DNA of 64,000 nucleotides, taken from the NCBI RefSeq assembly GCF_006345805.1, contig NC_043006.1, positions 19,096,001 through 19,160,000 of the forward strand, given 5' to 3'. Below, in pieces: positions 26,371-40,399 of the stretch. Numbering within the stretch: the stretch's first letter is position 1; each line of letters opens with the position of its first letter. Below the pieces are notes generated by a model. The model was not told the DNA's origin. It searched no databases and saw only the letters and a program-made list of their open reading frames with translations. Source of the stretch: Octopus sinensis. Lineage: Eukaryota. The translations under genes were made by a program, and so were the position numbers.

Positions 26371-26649
26371 TCTATGATCGTCAAGGGAGAAAATGCTAAA
26401 TAATTTTATTATAAAAAAACATTTTAGTACCGGTTTCAGTCATTAAGACTTCTTCAACTCTAAGTATGTAAAACAATTAAATTTTGGAAAAATTAAATGA
26501 AAAGTTTTTTTAAAGAATATTTGCGTAGTATTCAAATTCAGGGGGCATTTTCCTTGTGTTTGGCTGTCTCTGTCTCTGTCTTGTTTACTCTTGTGGGTTC
26601 GAGAGACAGGCAGAAACAAGGAAAATGCCTCTTGTATTTGAATACTCTT

Positions 26650-27047
26650 TTACTCTTTTACTCTTTTACTTGTTTCAGTCATTTGACTGTGGCCATGCTG
26701 AAGCACCGCCTTTTTAGTCGAGCAAATCGACCCCAGGACTTATTCTTTGTAAGCCTAGTACTTATTCTATCGGTCTCTTTTGCCGAACCGCTAAGTTACG
26801 GGGACGTAAACACACCAGCATCGGTTGTCAAGCGATGTTGGGGGGACAAATATAGACACAATCATACATATATATATATACATACGACGGGCTTCTTTCA
26901 GTTTCCGTCTACCAAATCCACTCACAAGGCTTAGGTCGGCCCGAGGCTATAGTAGAAGACACTTACCCAAGGTGCCATGCAGTGAGACTGAACCCGGAAC
27001 CATGTGATTGGTTAGCAAGCTACTTACCACACAGCCACTCCTGCGCC
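26650..27047 (-). mobile_element. SINE family A copy
   Basis: Homologous to 2170-2561. Confidence 0.9.
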
Positions 27048-28582
27048 TATGTGGAGGATTACAGCAATTTATTTTTTCTTTCAGCTCCTCTGTTTTTCTA
27101 TTTCTATAATTACTGTGATGAGAGCTAAATCTAAAAGTCGTTGAAGCTAACTTGGAATAAACGCTCATTAAGTCTAGTATAGTTTCTTTGCACAGAGGTT
27201 TTGATGATATGTGGCTTTGTATACCAGGACGATAAGAAAGTTTCTTCTATATTACGAATATTTCAGTTTGGAACTACAGTCACAAGTCAGTAAACTTGAA
27301 TGGGAGTTACAAAGATAAAATTTATTAGTTATTTGCTTTTGGTTGTGCAAACTTAGTTTTTGCTGTTTGAGGGTGTAGATTAGACCTCATTGAATATATC
27401 TTTAAATATATGTAATGCCTCGGGTTTTTCACAAATACAGTAGACTTTGACACGCTATTCAGTGTGCACTTAATTTCTAAGACAATAAAACGTAATTTGA
27501 TTGCAATTTAGTTGGTTTTGGTAATCGATGCACCGAACCATACTCGATATCTTTTTTAAAAACCCGTTATCATCGTTGTCGTTGTAGTCATTGTTTAGCC
27601 TTTAGTTAGCGACATTTGAGGAAACCTACTAGCAAAACTATTATAGAGGAAGCTATCACGCATCTTCGGTCAATATGTATCAAATTATCCAATGTGAATT
27701 TAACCTTCTAAGATATGTTTGCGTGTGAATGGAGGAGCGCATAGAAAAGCGCATAGGAGCCTCGTCTGTTAGCTCGGTAAAACACACTTTTAATTGTTTA
27801 TAAATGTCCACTCAGTAACATCAACATGCACAAGTGTATATACAGTCACATACTTACAGCTAAACTGTTTTTCTGCTGTTATTGACAAGCCTGAAATCGG
27901 CATTGTTTTATTACGCCTATTTTCAGCGGTATTAAAATTAAGACCATCTCATTTTTGTATATCCAGGACTATTTATTGAAAGCAGGGTTTTATCTCAGGA
28001 AGATTTAGCAATTTTTTCTTACTGGATCACTGGCCATAAAGAAACCATCTTGATGACTCATTGTATTTATTCACACACAGGAAGAACTATCGATATATGA
28101 CTATATTTATACACACGCAAATATCTTCATCTGCTTTTCATGCTTATATGCATCCATTTATAAATTGCTACTTATTCGCCAAGACTTGTGTATACAACAC
28201 ATAATGAGGGTACAAAATAGCTTACTTTCTCTAAAAGCAATAAGGGAACGTGGAAATAAATAAATGCGTTTAGAAGAGAGAAAGCAAGAAACGGAGGAGT
28301 TCATTGATGATGTTAGGGAAAAAATGGCACAATTTTTTAAGCAGACCTGATATCAATGGTGTTACAGACGCGACCTTTCCAACAATAATTCAATATGTAG
28401 AATGGGATTTTAGTACTATTTGGAAGTGTTCAGTAGACCTACTGAGTAATTTCTCTTGTAGTCTAGGTTTATGGTAGAATCCATAATGTTATATAATGCT
28501 GCCTAGTGCTAAGTTAGATGAACCGCCGAAATGAAAAGTATCAGGCGTTGGCGATACGTTGTGTATGTTTTGCACGACGGTA

Positions 28583-28682
28583 NNNNNNNNNNNNNNNNNN
28601 NNNNNNNNNNNNNNNNNNNNNNNNNNNNNNNNNNNNNNNNNNNNNNNNNNNNNNNNNNNNNNNNNNNNNNNNNNNNNNNNNN
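28583..28682. other. Assembly gap (100 N)
   Basis: Direct reading. Confidence 1.
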
Positions 28683-28749
28683 ATATATGTATGTATATTA
28701 TATATATATATATATATAATATATATATTATATATATATATATATATAT

Positions 28750-29116
28750 GTGTGTGTGGTGTTTGTGTGTCTGTGTTTGTCCTCCTAGCATTGCTTGACA
28801 ATTTTATCGGGACTTATTCTTTGCAAGCCCAGTACTTATTCTATCATCTCTTTTGCCGAACCGCTAAGTGACGGGGACGTAAACACACCAGCATCGGTTT
28901 GCAAGCAATGCTAGGGAGACAAACACAGACACACAAACACATACATATATACATATATACGACAGGCTTCTTTCAGTTTCCGTCTACCAAATCCACTCAC
29001 AAGGCATTGGTCGGCCCGGGGCTATAGCAGAAGATACTTGCCCAAGATGCCACGCAGTGGGACTGAACCCGGAACTATGTGGTTGGTTAGCAAGCTACTT
29101 ACCACACAGCCACTCC
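28750..29116 (-). mobile_element. SINE family A copy with internal deletion
   Basis: Homologous to 2170-2561. Confidence 0.85.
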
Positions 29117-30008
29117 ACACACATACACACACGCATACATACAAAGTGCGTGTGCGCCTGTGTCACTTTGCGCTCCCCTACCCATCGCTTTACAAGAGAT
29201 GCTTTTCACGTCCCCGTATCATCGTAACTCTGCAACAGCATGGTCAGATCGATGATAAAGCACTAGACATTAAAGAATGTAGCAACAAGAAGATAAAATA
29301 CGAGTTAGCATTTATAAATTAATATAACAGAGAGGGACCTATGTAAACATTCTCATACAGCTTTTCTGGTCGTTATCTGGTGTGGGTGCTACATGACTAG
29401 CCCAGCCATCTATTGTTGATTTCACCATAAAAAAAAATACCGGCTCTTTTATTCTGAATTCGTGGTAACGCTATACACATAGTTTATTGTTGAAAACTGG
29501 TTTTTACGTCTCCAGTCATGTAACTTCACTCCACTTTTATGTTATTTGTTGTTTAAGGTCCAATTTTAAGCTCAGTTTTTGGTTCGGATATTGGTTTGTA
29601 GGTAGGGACCCAAGGTCTGGCGTAACTTCTCAAAAGACTGGCCCATCAGCAGCTGTTTAACATCAGAGTGTTGGCAGGGTTATGTTGCCCCTGCACACAC
29701 GAACTCAGATACACATACATTTTCATGTGTATGTGTGTGTGTGTGTGTTTTGAAGAATTTCGAATGAGATGCAAAATATGGTCAACCTATGCTTACAACA
29801 CCAATAAGGTATTAAGCATAATTTGTCCTCTGATTTTTTTTCTTTTAGTATTAGATACATCCGAGTAATCTACGGAGTAACTAAACCAGAGCAATATTAA
29901 ATGCGTGATTTGGTCCTTTTAATATAACATCATAAATTACATCATTTTTCATTATATAATCCATGCTGTAATAAGGAGATAAATTTAATCCTGTTGTATT
30001 CTGTCCTT

Positions 30009-30240
30009 AAGGCGGCGAGCTGCCTGAAACGTTAGAGCACCGGGCGAAATGCTTAGTGGTACTTCGTCTGCCGTTACGTTCTGAGTTCAAATTCCTCCGA
30101 GGTCGACTTTGCCTTTCATCCTTTTGGGGTCGATAAATAAAGCACCAGTTACACACTGGGATCGATGTAATCGACTTAATCCCTTTGTCTGACTTTGTTT
30201 GTCCGCTCTATGTTTAGCCCCTTGTGGGCAATAAAGAAAT
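30009..30240 (+). mobile_element. SINE family B copy
   Basis: Homologous to 3556-3775. Confidence 0.9.
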
Positions 30241-30754
30241 ATATATATTCTGACCTTATTCTGGCCATTTTGCAGTGCATGAATCTCCTGATAGGGACCT
30301 ATGCACGATGGGTAAAAACGATCGTAGTGATTAATAAAGAATCTTGTGGATTCCATTGTTTCTTTCTCTTTATGATTATATAGATAGATCGAATGGGATT
30401 GTCCTAGGTCCCTTCAAGAGCCGTTTTTACGAGGTTAAGGTTTTAAATACGGTAGCTTATAACTACTTTCACTTATTTCTTTCTGAGATTTGAGAGGGCA
30501 CCTAATGCTTTCCAGTTTACTATAATTGATCCATTTCGTTATTGAAGCCAAAAAAAAAAAAAACCACTCCCTTATTTAAACCTCTGGGTTCGTTTTTACG
30601 AAGGATTTTATAACTTGCTTTTCATCGTTTTTTCGAGGATTTCGTTATTTGTTTTTTCCTTCCAACTTTTTTCTCCAATCTTTCTTTTTATAAATATATT
30701 TTAAATTCTTTGCTATTATGAGAATAGCATGTGTCCTGATAATTTTGATTTGGG

Positions 30755-30791
<37 letters not shown>

Positions 30792-30909
30792 AAACATTTT
30801 TCTCAGCCAAATTCCTAACTCCTTCTCCAGACCATGACAACTCAAAAACTTTTCTTTCATCTTTGCATTATATCTGACAACAGTATTTGTTCGGAATCTT
30901 GTTATGTTC

Positions 30910-31129
30910 CACGTGAGCAGAATCGCTAGCGCGCTAGACCAAATGATTACCAGCTTTTAGTCCAGTTTTAGATTCTAAATTCAAACTCTACCCAGGTTGA
31001 CTTTGACCTTCACCGTTTCAGCGTTGATTAGATGAGTGCCAATTGTGTACTGCGGTTGATGTAATCGATTATAATCCTCTCCTAAAATTTCATGCCTTGT
31101 GCTGATAGTAGAAAGGATGATGATGATAA

Positions 31130-31196
<67 letters not shown>

Positions 31197-31550
31197 CAAT
31201 AGCGGTGAGCTGGAAGTCTCGTTAGCCTGCCGGACGAAATGCTTAGCAGCGAGTTGGCAGAATCTTTAGCATACCACGCAAAATGATTTGCATCATTTAG
31301 TCCAGTTTTACATTCTGAATTCAAACTTCGCCAAATTCGACTGGGCCTTCTGTCATTTCGAGCTCGATAAAATAAGTAACAATTGCGCACTGAGGTCGAT
31401 GCAATCGACTAACCCCGCCTCCAAAAATCTCGGGTTTCGTGCCTATATTAGAAAGGATCATTGGGTTCATAAAATAAGTACTAGGGTCAATGTAATCGGC
31501 TTAAAACCTCCCTGAAATTGCTGGTCCTGTGCCAAAATTTGAAACCATTA

Positions 31551-31560
<10 letters not shown>
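30910..31560 (+). mobile_element. Two older, degenerate SINE B-prime copies with an alternative tail and (AAT/ATT)n
   Basis: Same head and body as B, but the tail is of the CCCTxAAATT..GxCxTGTGC type followed by (ATT)n. Confidence 0.6.
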
Positions 31561-31587
<27 letters not shown>

Positions 31588-32388
31588 AACGTACTCACTG
31601 TCAAAATGTATTGTGGGTGGCATTTCATAAAATACAAAGTAAGATTCGGAATATAGAATTATTCTTGCAATGAAGATGATAAATTCTTTGTTTTGTTTTT
31701 AGCATAAATGAATTAACATTCACGCCAATAATGCAAACACTAAGTCGGTTATATTGTTAGCACAGCTGTTTAGATGTCACTTTTGAAAGTGGAAGTCACT
31801 CACATTAAAAGCTTTGCGTAACACAACGCTTCATGTCTCCAATCGAAGGTTTAGTGGGTTCGCTGACCCAGAACAGCCAATGAGTTCTAGTAAAAGTACT
31901 CATAACAAAATATTTCCAGCTAAACAAAACAGGAACTCCCGTAGAGTGAACAGTAATTTCTTTTACAGATTCCAGCCTTTTATATACGGTGTGCTGCTCT
32001 GTAAACGGTGTTCAGCTGTTACAACAACCATGTCGATTCTAGTTGACTCTGATCAAACTGATTCTTCTTCGTGCTTACAACAACTGTTTTTGCATTACTT
32101 AACGTCGTTCGAATTATAGGTCATATTCCTATGATGTCTCATTCAACAGTATTCGAAAAAAATCTGGACCTACGTGTTAAGTCCGAATGTTGCTTTGTCA
32201 GGACAGGGCAGCACAACATATACTTATTTATTTCCTTATATTTTTCAATGAAAAAAAATCCGTACTGATATTTTACTATTTAGTTTTGGAGAGAAAATAG
32301 TTAACAAAATTGATCAACGCGCAATGAATATACTGAATGAATAATGAGGGATGTAGTGGCTATTTTTGGTAGAATTAGATGGAGATGG

Positions 32389-32772
32389 TGGAAGCACTCC
32401 GTCGGTTACGACGACGAGGGTTCCGGTTGATCCGATCAACGGAAGAGCCTGCTCGTGAAATTAACTTGTAAGTGGCTGAGCACTCCACAGACACGTGTAC
32501 CCTTAACGTAGTTCTCGGGGATATTCAGTGTGACACAGAGAGTGACAAGGCCGGCCCCTTGAAACACAGGTACAACAGAAACAGGAAGTAAGAGTGAGAG
32601 AAAGTTGTGGCGAAAGAGTACAGCAGGGATCACCACCATCCCCTGCCGGAGCCTCGTGGAGCTTTAGGTGTTTTCGCTCAATAAACACTCACAACGCCCG
32701 GTCTGGGAACCGAAACCGCGATCTTATGACCGCGAGTCCGCTGCCCTAACCACTGGGCCATTGCGCCTCCAC
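32389..32772 (-). mobile_element. SINE family C copy
   Basis: Reverse complement of 21315-21703; flanking AGATGGAGAT duplicated. Confidence 0.9.
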
Positions 32773-33128
32773 CAGATGGAGATATCATGCAGCTCGTTAT
32801 AGTTAATGGTATTGCTTAACCTCATATCGTCCGGTAAGACGCAACCTATTGTTAGATGCATTCCTAACTATATTTCCTACCACCAGTGGCGGATCTACTA
32901 TAAAACTAATGAAGCTTAAGCTAATGCAACTTAATTTCTTCATTCTGTCAATATTTTTATTTTTTTCTATTTTGCAATGCAGACAGGTCCGATAAAACGA
33001 AATAGACTGAGAAAAAAGTTTTGTCTCTACACCAGTCACCTAAAAAAGTATGGTGCTAGTGAAACGATAAAGAAAAGTAAAAAAAAAAAACATGTATGCA
33101 TGTTTCGATATATATATTATATATATAT

Positions 33129-33162
<34 letters not shown>

Positions 33163-33329
33163 ATCTATATAAAAATTAAGGGTAGAAATTGATATTAGTC
33201 AATTAAAATATCAGCGCGCCAAAAATAGAGGCATTCGAAGGATACATCCGAACGTAATAGGTTGTACTTTTTGCATGCGGGACTCCGGTACCGTTTTCAT
33301 CTAGTACAGCATATTATGCTCATAACAAA

Positions 33330-33388
33330 CTACGCTGATGAAGCTACAGATATCTTGTGATATTAATAGCTGAAACTGCAGTACGTAG
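33330..33388 (+). ncRNA. Type I hammerhead ribozyme, intact, palindromic helix III
   Basis: CUACG-CUGAUGA-AGCUA-[GAUAUC/GAUAUU hairpin]-UAGCU-GAAAC-UGCA-GU-A-CGUAG; predicted cut after A33383. Confidence 0.85.
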
Positions 33389-33546
33389 GTAATTATTCCA
33401 CTTAGTATTTTTCTTTTGTCTCATCCATTGCTTTAGGTCGTGCTGAATTTATTTTTATTTGAGAACATAATCCTTGTGGAGAATGGGCGATTTGACGTCT
33501 ATATCTAGCATGTTGACTGTCCACCTTTCGTGTTCAGTCCTTAATT

Positions 33547-33582
<36 letters not shown>

Positions 33583-33583
<1 letters not shown>

Positions 33584-33808
33584 CTTTATGCCCACAAGGG
33601 GCTAAACATAGAGAGGACAAACAAGGACAGACAAAGGGATTAAGTTGATTATATCGACCCAGTGCGAAACTGGTACTTTATTTATCGACCCCGAGAGGAT
33701 GAAAGGCAAAGTCGGCCCCGGCGGAATTTGAACTCAGAACGTAACGACAGACGAAATACCGCTAAGCATTTCGTCCGGCGCGCTAACGTGTCTGCCAGCT
33801 CGCCGCCT
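33583..33808 (-). mobile_element. SINE family B copy
   Basis: Reverse complement of the B consensus. Confidence 0.9.
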
Positions 33809-34000
33809 ATATATATACTCTCCAGTTTAAGTTCCGACTTCGAAGCAGCATGGTGCCAGGGAAGCGACAAAGAAAAGTAAAAAACACATGTATGTATGTA
33901 TGTATGTATGTATGTATGTATGTATGTATGATGTATGTATGTATGTATGTATGTATGTATGTATGTATGTATGTATGTATGTATGTATGATGTATGTATG

Positions 34001-34031
<31 letters not shown>

Positions 34032-34257
34032 TGTATGTTGTATGTATGTATGTATGTCTGATGTATGTATGTATGCACACGTAAATATGTATGTGTGTGT
34101 GTTTGTATGTATGCACACGTAAATATGTATGTGTGTGTGTTTGTATGAATGTATGTAGAGAAATAAACTGAAAAATGATTTAGTGTCTAGTTGAATTCCT
34201 GTTTCCAATGCACCTGACCAATGATGATCTCAAACTGACCCTTTCAAAATAAAAGGG

Positions 34258-34306
<49 letters not shown>

Positions 34307-35159
34307 TAGCACTACTAAGCTTTATTATTTAAGTCTTCGAAATTTTCCTGACAGGTACCCCCCGCCACATATATATATATATATAGTAGAAGTAAGGACC
34401 CGAACCCTTCAAAGGGATGTTTAGCATCTTAGTTTCTGAGGAAAAGCTTAATTTGCGATTTTAAAAAGATTATACTTTCCTCAGTTACGAAGGAAAAACT
34501 CGGACCTTGTGAATCTTGTAAATTTTCCGAAGTCCTCTCCCTACCCCCTCGGAAAAGATTTTCCCAACAAATTTCTTTATAATCGTAATCTGTACCGTTT
34601 AAAAGGTATTTATATAAAATTTTATTTTTCAAAAAAACCCATTTTCCTGAAAGGTACGAGGGAAAAATATGGGATCTTGTGAATTTTCCGAAGCCTCTCC
34701 CCACCCCCACGTTGCTTTCCGTGCATTTTTGTTTTCATATTTGTTTCCTACACCTTTTTTTAAATACCAGTTGCACTATTATTTTTCGATTTGTTTCCGG
34801 GTAGTAATGTCAACATTAACAAGAACATTTTTTTGCTTTAAAATTACTGCCTCGAAGAAAATAAGCTGACAAAAACACATCCATGATTGTGACCAATGTC
34901 CTCCTAAAATTTGAGCGACATGCGTGCTAATTTGTTGAAGTGCATAAATTACATTCACGTACAAATACCAACATATATCCTGTCTTTTATAGTTAAATAG
35001 ATAAATAAGTGATTAGAAATAAATATATTTTAATTGTTGTGTGAGAAAGTATATATAGTCTGATTATAAAATATAGTAGAAATATTAAAATTACGAAGTC
35101 TAGGTAAATATAAGCCTTCGAACAGAGACGTCAGTGGCGACACCTGCTGGTCTGACTGC

Positions 35160-35201
35160 GCTACATTGACAAGGGGCAATACCCCGAAACGCGTCTGTAG
35201 C
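35160..35201 (+). ncRNA. Type I hammerhead with U3-A8 covariation inside a rod-like fold (35113-35250)
   Basis: GCUACA-UUGACAA-GGGG-CAAUA-CCCC-GAAAC-GC-GU-C-UGUAGC; helix I extended by CUGCUGGUCUGAC/GUCGGACUGGCAG, fully paired with G-U wobbles. Confidence 0.75.
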
Positions 35202-36097
35202 TGTCGGACTGGCAGTGTGAAGCGGCTGACCTCCCTTGTTCGAAGGTTATAATGGATACAGATCGTGTATCAATAGCTATCTTGATGGCGGTGGCCTCAT
35301 GGAGCTGACCATGGCAGCGATTATTCTTATATCTATAAGAATGCCATATTAATATGGCGATAACAATTAATAAAATATAGTGTCCTTGAAAAACATCCTA
35401 AATTTGAAGACTATCTCGTGTTTAAGAAAAGAAGAACATTTTACATTTTTAATTTTGATGAACGCTGTCAATTTCTCTCCCTGTCACACACTTTCTCTTT
35501 ACATTTTTTTTGTTAGACGCTGTCAGACTCACTCTATCTCTCTCCCTCACACACACACACACACACATCAAAAAACAACTTCTCTCTTTCCCTCACACAT
35601 ACACACACACACACTTTCACTTCCCTATGGCAAGAAGGGGACTTAACTCATGTTAGCAAACTTCAAAATTGGTAAAAGTTATGGTTGAAAATCAATTTTT
35701 ACCGCTATCCGCGGGTGCCTCCGTTACAATTTTCGGTTGTTTTTCACCCCCCCCCCTATTACTTGTTTCAGTCATTTGTCGGTGGCCATACTGGGGTACC
35801 ACCTTGAAGATTTTTTAGTTGAACGTATCGTACCCCGGATTTGTTTCCTTTTACTTCTTGCAGTTATTAGACTGCGACCATGCTGGGGCACCACCTTTTT
35901 AGACGACTGTATGGAACCCAGAATTTTTTTTTTAAGTCAAAACTATTTCACTGATATATTTCCTTTTTTTTTTTGTGAGGCTCTTTCTTTGTACTTGTTA
36001 AATCATTAGAATGCGGTAATGCCGGGGGGCCGTCTCGGAGAAATTTTAGTCGAATGTATCAACACCAGAATTTTTGTTAGGTGATTTTCAACCAGAT

Positions 36098-36373
36098 CAC
36101 TTACCCTAGTGGTCAGGGGGGACCGTGGTTTTGCGGGGTCTCCACGAGCAACCCTAGGAGATCTCCCTTATTGGAATAATTTCTGGCGATCCTTCAGTTT
36201 AACTCGACAAAACGATAACAAGACCTCGCTTGTTTCCGTGACTACTCGACAATTCACTTCGGATATCTTCGTGACCTCCGTGACAGCTACTAAAGTGGGA
36301 GGAGGAGAAGAAAGCTGATGGGTTATGTGTGCATGCTTGTTCCTGTGTGTGCACGCAAACACACACACACACA

Positions 36374-36413
<40 letters not shown>

Positions 36414-36671
36414 GAACAAGCATGCACACATAACCCATCAGCTTTCTTCTCCTCCTCCCACTTTAGTAGCTGTCGCAGCAGCTGTCACGGAGGTCACGAA
36501 GATATCCGAAGTGAATTGTCGAGTAGTCACGGAAACAAGCGAGGTCTTGTTATCGTTTTGTCGAGTTAAACTGAAGGATCACCAAAAATTATTCCAATGA
36601 GGGAGATCTCCTAGGGTTGCTCGTGGAGACCCCGCAAAACCACGGTCCCCCCCTGACCACTAGGGTAAGTG
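36098..36671. mobile_element. 574-bp foldback (MITE-like palindrome) with ~250-bp arms and a (CA)n spacer
   Basis: Ends CACTTACCCTAGTGG...CCACTAGGGTAAGTG; arms almost perfectly complementary; no TSD found. Confidence 0.85.
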
Positions 36672-36731
36672 CACACGCCACATAGTCTTCCCTCGGTCTT
36701 ATGATGGAAGTGGTAACCTACTTCTCGATAA

Positions 36732-36948
36732 GGCGGCGAGCTGGCAGAAACGTTAGCATGCCGGGCGAAATGCGTAGCCGTATTTCGTCTGCCGCTACGT
36801 TCTGAGTTCAAATTCCGCCGAGGTCGACTTTGCCTTTCATCCTTTCGGGGTCGATAAATTAAGTACCAGTTACGCACTGGGGTCGATGTAATCGACTTAA
36901 TCTGTTTGTCCCCTCTGTGTTTAGCCCCTTGTGGGTAGTAAACAAATA
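36732..36948 (+). mobile_element. SINE family B copy with 20-bp TSD
   Basis: TSD GGTAACCTACTTCTCGATAA at 36712-36731 and 36949-36968. Confidence 0.92.
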
Positions 36949-38367
36949 GGTAACCTACTTCTCGATAAAATGAGGTGTTTGGGAATAAATGCTTCGTTCG
37001 CGGGAATATAAAGGACAAATGCCAAAGAATGAATTGACAAATTTCCATTGATTTGGCTATATCTTTCCAATCGCTCAAAGGCAACATTAAATGTATGGTG
37101 ATACAGTTCTCCCAGCAGCAAGCGGAATTAGCTAATGGCTTAATGTTCTGAACGAAACCGATTAAACTATAATCTTGCGATGGGGCTCTAAGGAGTAAAT
37201 TCATGTTGTAGTGAAATTCAAATAATCGATTACTTCGGGACATTGGAAGTTAATGATTACAAAATAATTCTGTGCTAGGAGATCACTATGGGAAAAGAAT
37301 CAAGTTAGTTCATTGTTAACGATTACTGCGAGTAAAAATCAGTAGTAGAAGAGTCAAGAAGCGTATTTTTTAAAGATATGTATGTATACATGTCGGGAAC
37401 TACATTTGATTCAGCTAATATGATTGTGAGAACGCCAGGATATTAAGCAAATTATTAAATTAATAATGCTAACAAATGGAAATGCTCACACCAATTTTGT
37501 TTTTAATAAAGTATATGACGTTTGCTGATTCGTTGAGTGTGAATATAAATTCAAGAAAAATACAATAATTGACTTAACATACGAGTGATATTAGATAAGT
37601 ACGAAAGAAAAAAAAGAATCTGCCAATCGATTAATCATATTAATGTCTCAAATATTGCTGATGCAGAGATATAAATGATATAGTGAAGGCGCGTTAAATT
37701 CTTTCCTGATAAATTCAAATAGTGTTCTATAATACGTTGAAGATCTTGAAGAAGTTATAAATGGATTTGATAAATACATTGTATATTATATTCTGAAACA
37801 GCTATATTCCAGGTTATATGCAAATCAATAATATAAAATTCAAGGGAGAAATAAAAATTTAATTCTTTGCTTGCATATGTTTCGAAACTGATTAAAATGA
37901 GAGACTCTATTTGGACATAATCGCATAGAAGTAATCATATTACCAACTACAAGCACAAAATATTTTGTTATTTTCTATTTTAAAATTATAAAATTATTAT
38001 GTATCAGCTGTCAGCGTGCGTCAAGGATCTTCTCAATGATGTTGAAGTGCTTTAGTTAATAATAGTCAAATGCAGTGCAATACATACGTACGAACATAAA
38101 TATGAACGTATCAAATTAATTAATGGCACATGGGACAATGTATATTATCAAATGGTTTTCTTAAATGTTCGTACTCTGTCACATGTATACATTTGCTACT
38201 TATGTTGAAGAGCATAGAAAACTGCAAGCGCACATTCGTGAAATGATATCAGCACGCTTAAATACCAAAGAAAAGACAAAATTCACTTTAAGTAGGAAAA
38301 TACAAACATACACACACATTATTAAAACAGAAAGTAAACATATATATATACCTAAGGTATATGTGTG

Positions 38368-38399
<32 letters not shown>

Positions 38400-38667
38400 A
38401 TATATACGCATGCAAACATTCGTTTAAAGATAATACAATATATTTAAGTAAAATTTCAAATTTACTAATATAAGAATGTTGACAGTAACTTCGAAATTTC
38501 CCCGTTTGTCTACTTCTTCAGACTCTAAAATCTTTGCAATCACCGATACGCTTTGATTCAACCTGTAGGTGACTCCTACGGTTTAGAATGCAGGATGTCT
38601 TAGTTCTAAATTTATGGAACCTATATTATCTTGAAAGATAAGAAACTGGTTGTGTTGTATGAACTAA

Positions 38668-38708
<41 letters not shown>

Positions 38709-40399
38709 ATGATTCTGTGTATGTAAGCCGGAGGTAGATGGAAATGTGAAGATTGAGGAAAGCGACAAACATGATACTATTCAGCTGATGGATAGAGTAA
38801 GATTAGGAGTAGATAACTCGAAGACAGACAATGATATGTAAGGGGCGTACTGAAGTGAAACGTTTGAAACATGGATGTAAATATCGAAGTCACAAGCAAT
38901 TTTTCCTTATATAAAATACTTACAGAACCTTTCACGCATATATGCAAACAAACAAAAGCTGCAAGTGTGTGATCTGAGAAAAAATACATACAGAACAGTT
39001 GAAATCATCCATCCAATCTCATTCAGCGTATGAATTAAATGAAAATGTACCAAATATATGCTCGAGTCTTTCTCTTATACATCAGGTATACGCTCGGAGA
39101 CAATAACCTCATAGTTCGAGGAACTGGTGCACACTTTGGGAATCAATGGCTAAGTTCATGCAAGAAATTGTTGCACACGAATCTAAAAGTGTGCTCCGCC
39201 AAAGTGACCCTATTTGTTACAAAGTATATCGGCAAAACCAATTTTATGGTTATCTTTGCTACTGACAAAGAACTCAGATGTGCTAGGCTGGATTTGGCCA
39301 AATGATTTCAGATAGCCTACTACATCTGTAGCAATAAAATAATGCAATGGAGAAATTTATCTATTCAGTAAATAAGACATTACTACAGTTTGGCCTTTTC
39401 CGAAATGATGAAATTAAATTGGTTATGATATATGAAATTACCAACAATATCGTTGTATTGCAAATACCATTGTATTTTCTTATACTATTTACTGGTTGTT
39501 CTGTGAGCGTATGTAATATACATATATCACTGCAATAAATTGTACTTCTAAACAAAACAGTATGTCACATTGAAGATTACGTATTAACTTCGACAGATTT
39601 ATGCTGTAAAAGGAAACAAAAAATGAAGGCGCATCTTTCAACGCTAATTCAAACATATTACATTTTTGCATAATTTTCCTGCTATCCATCATTTTACGCT
39701 ACTTTACGACCGATGATTAGACTAATATATAAATTCCTTAGTGAGAAGATTTTTCTCCTATTTTCTTTTTTATTTTGCTGAGCGTGCAGGGAAGAAATTT
39801 AAGTTTTCTTATAATTCTGTCAATCGTGATATAGTTTCAAATGAAATCTTTTTTCAGTTGTTCACATTGTCTTCAGTACTTTCAAAACTGAATTGTTTTA
39901 GTACCGGTTTATATGGTTGATGTATCAATGGCGAGTCTTTCAGATTCCGTCAAAATGTTTATTGATTTAATGAACACGACAACTCATGCAGTACTTAGTC
40001 AATATATTTCTCCTGGGATATTCTTGAATATGAAGCATTTCCGAAGATTTGATTGGCATTTTGAATCGATCACTACAGCAGATGTTAAAGGGATTGAAAT
40101 TTTCTTTACGCCTGTCTGTACTATCGAAGAATCTAATCAAAATTGATTGATCATTTTAATTTCTAACCATGTGATTATCGATTCTCACAAATGTTGAAAG
40201 CATTAAGTGGTGGAATGTAAAAAAAAAAAAAATGCAAATCATTCACAGGATGCAACAATTTTAGAAAACTAACAATCGAATATTGATAATTATTTGACTT
40301 ATAGAGAAATAAATAATTTTATTTTAACCTGTTCTTTTCACTTGATACGGAACATTGAACCTTATTCAGTAGAGACCTTTGTAGAACGTGAATAGACGT

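Noticed and set aside
37000-38100. AT-rich stretch with ILPTTST, reminiscent of a hAT dimerisation domain
   Set aside because: A single weak motif amid many stops.
38478-38530. Minus-strand CTGAAGAAG...CGAAG hammerhead-like string
   Set aside because: Helices I and III cannot be formed.
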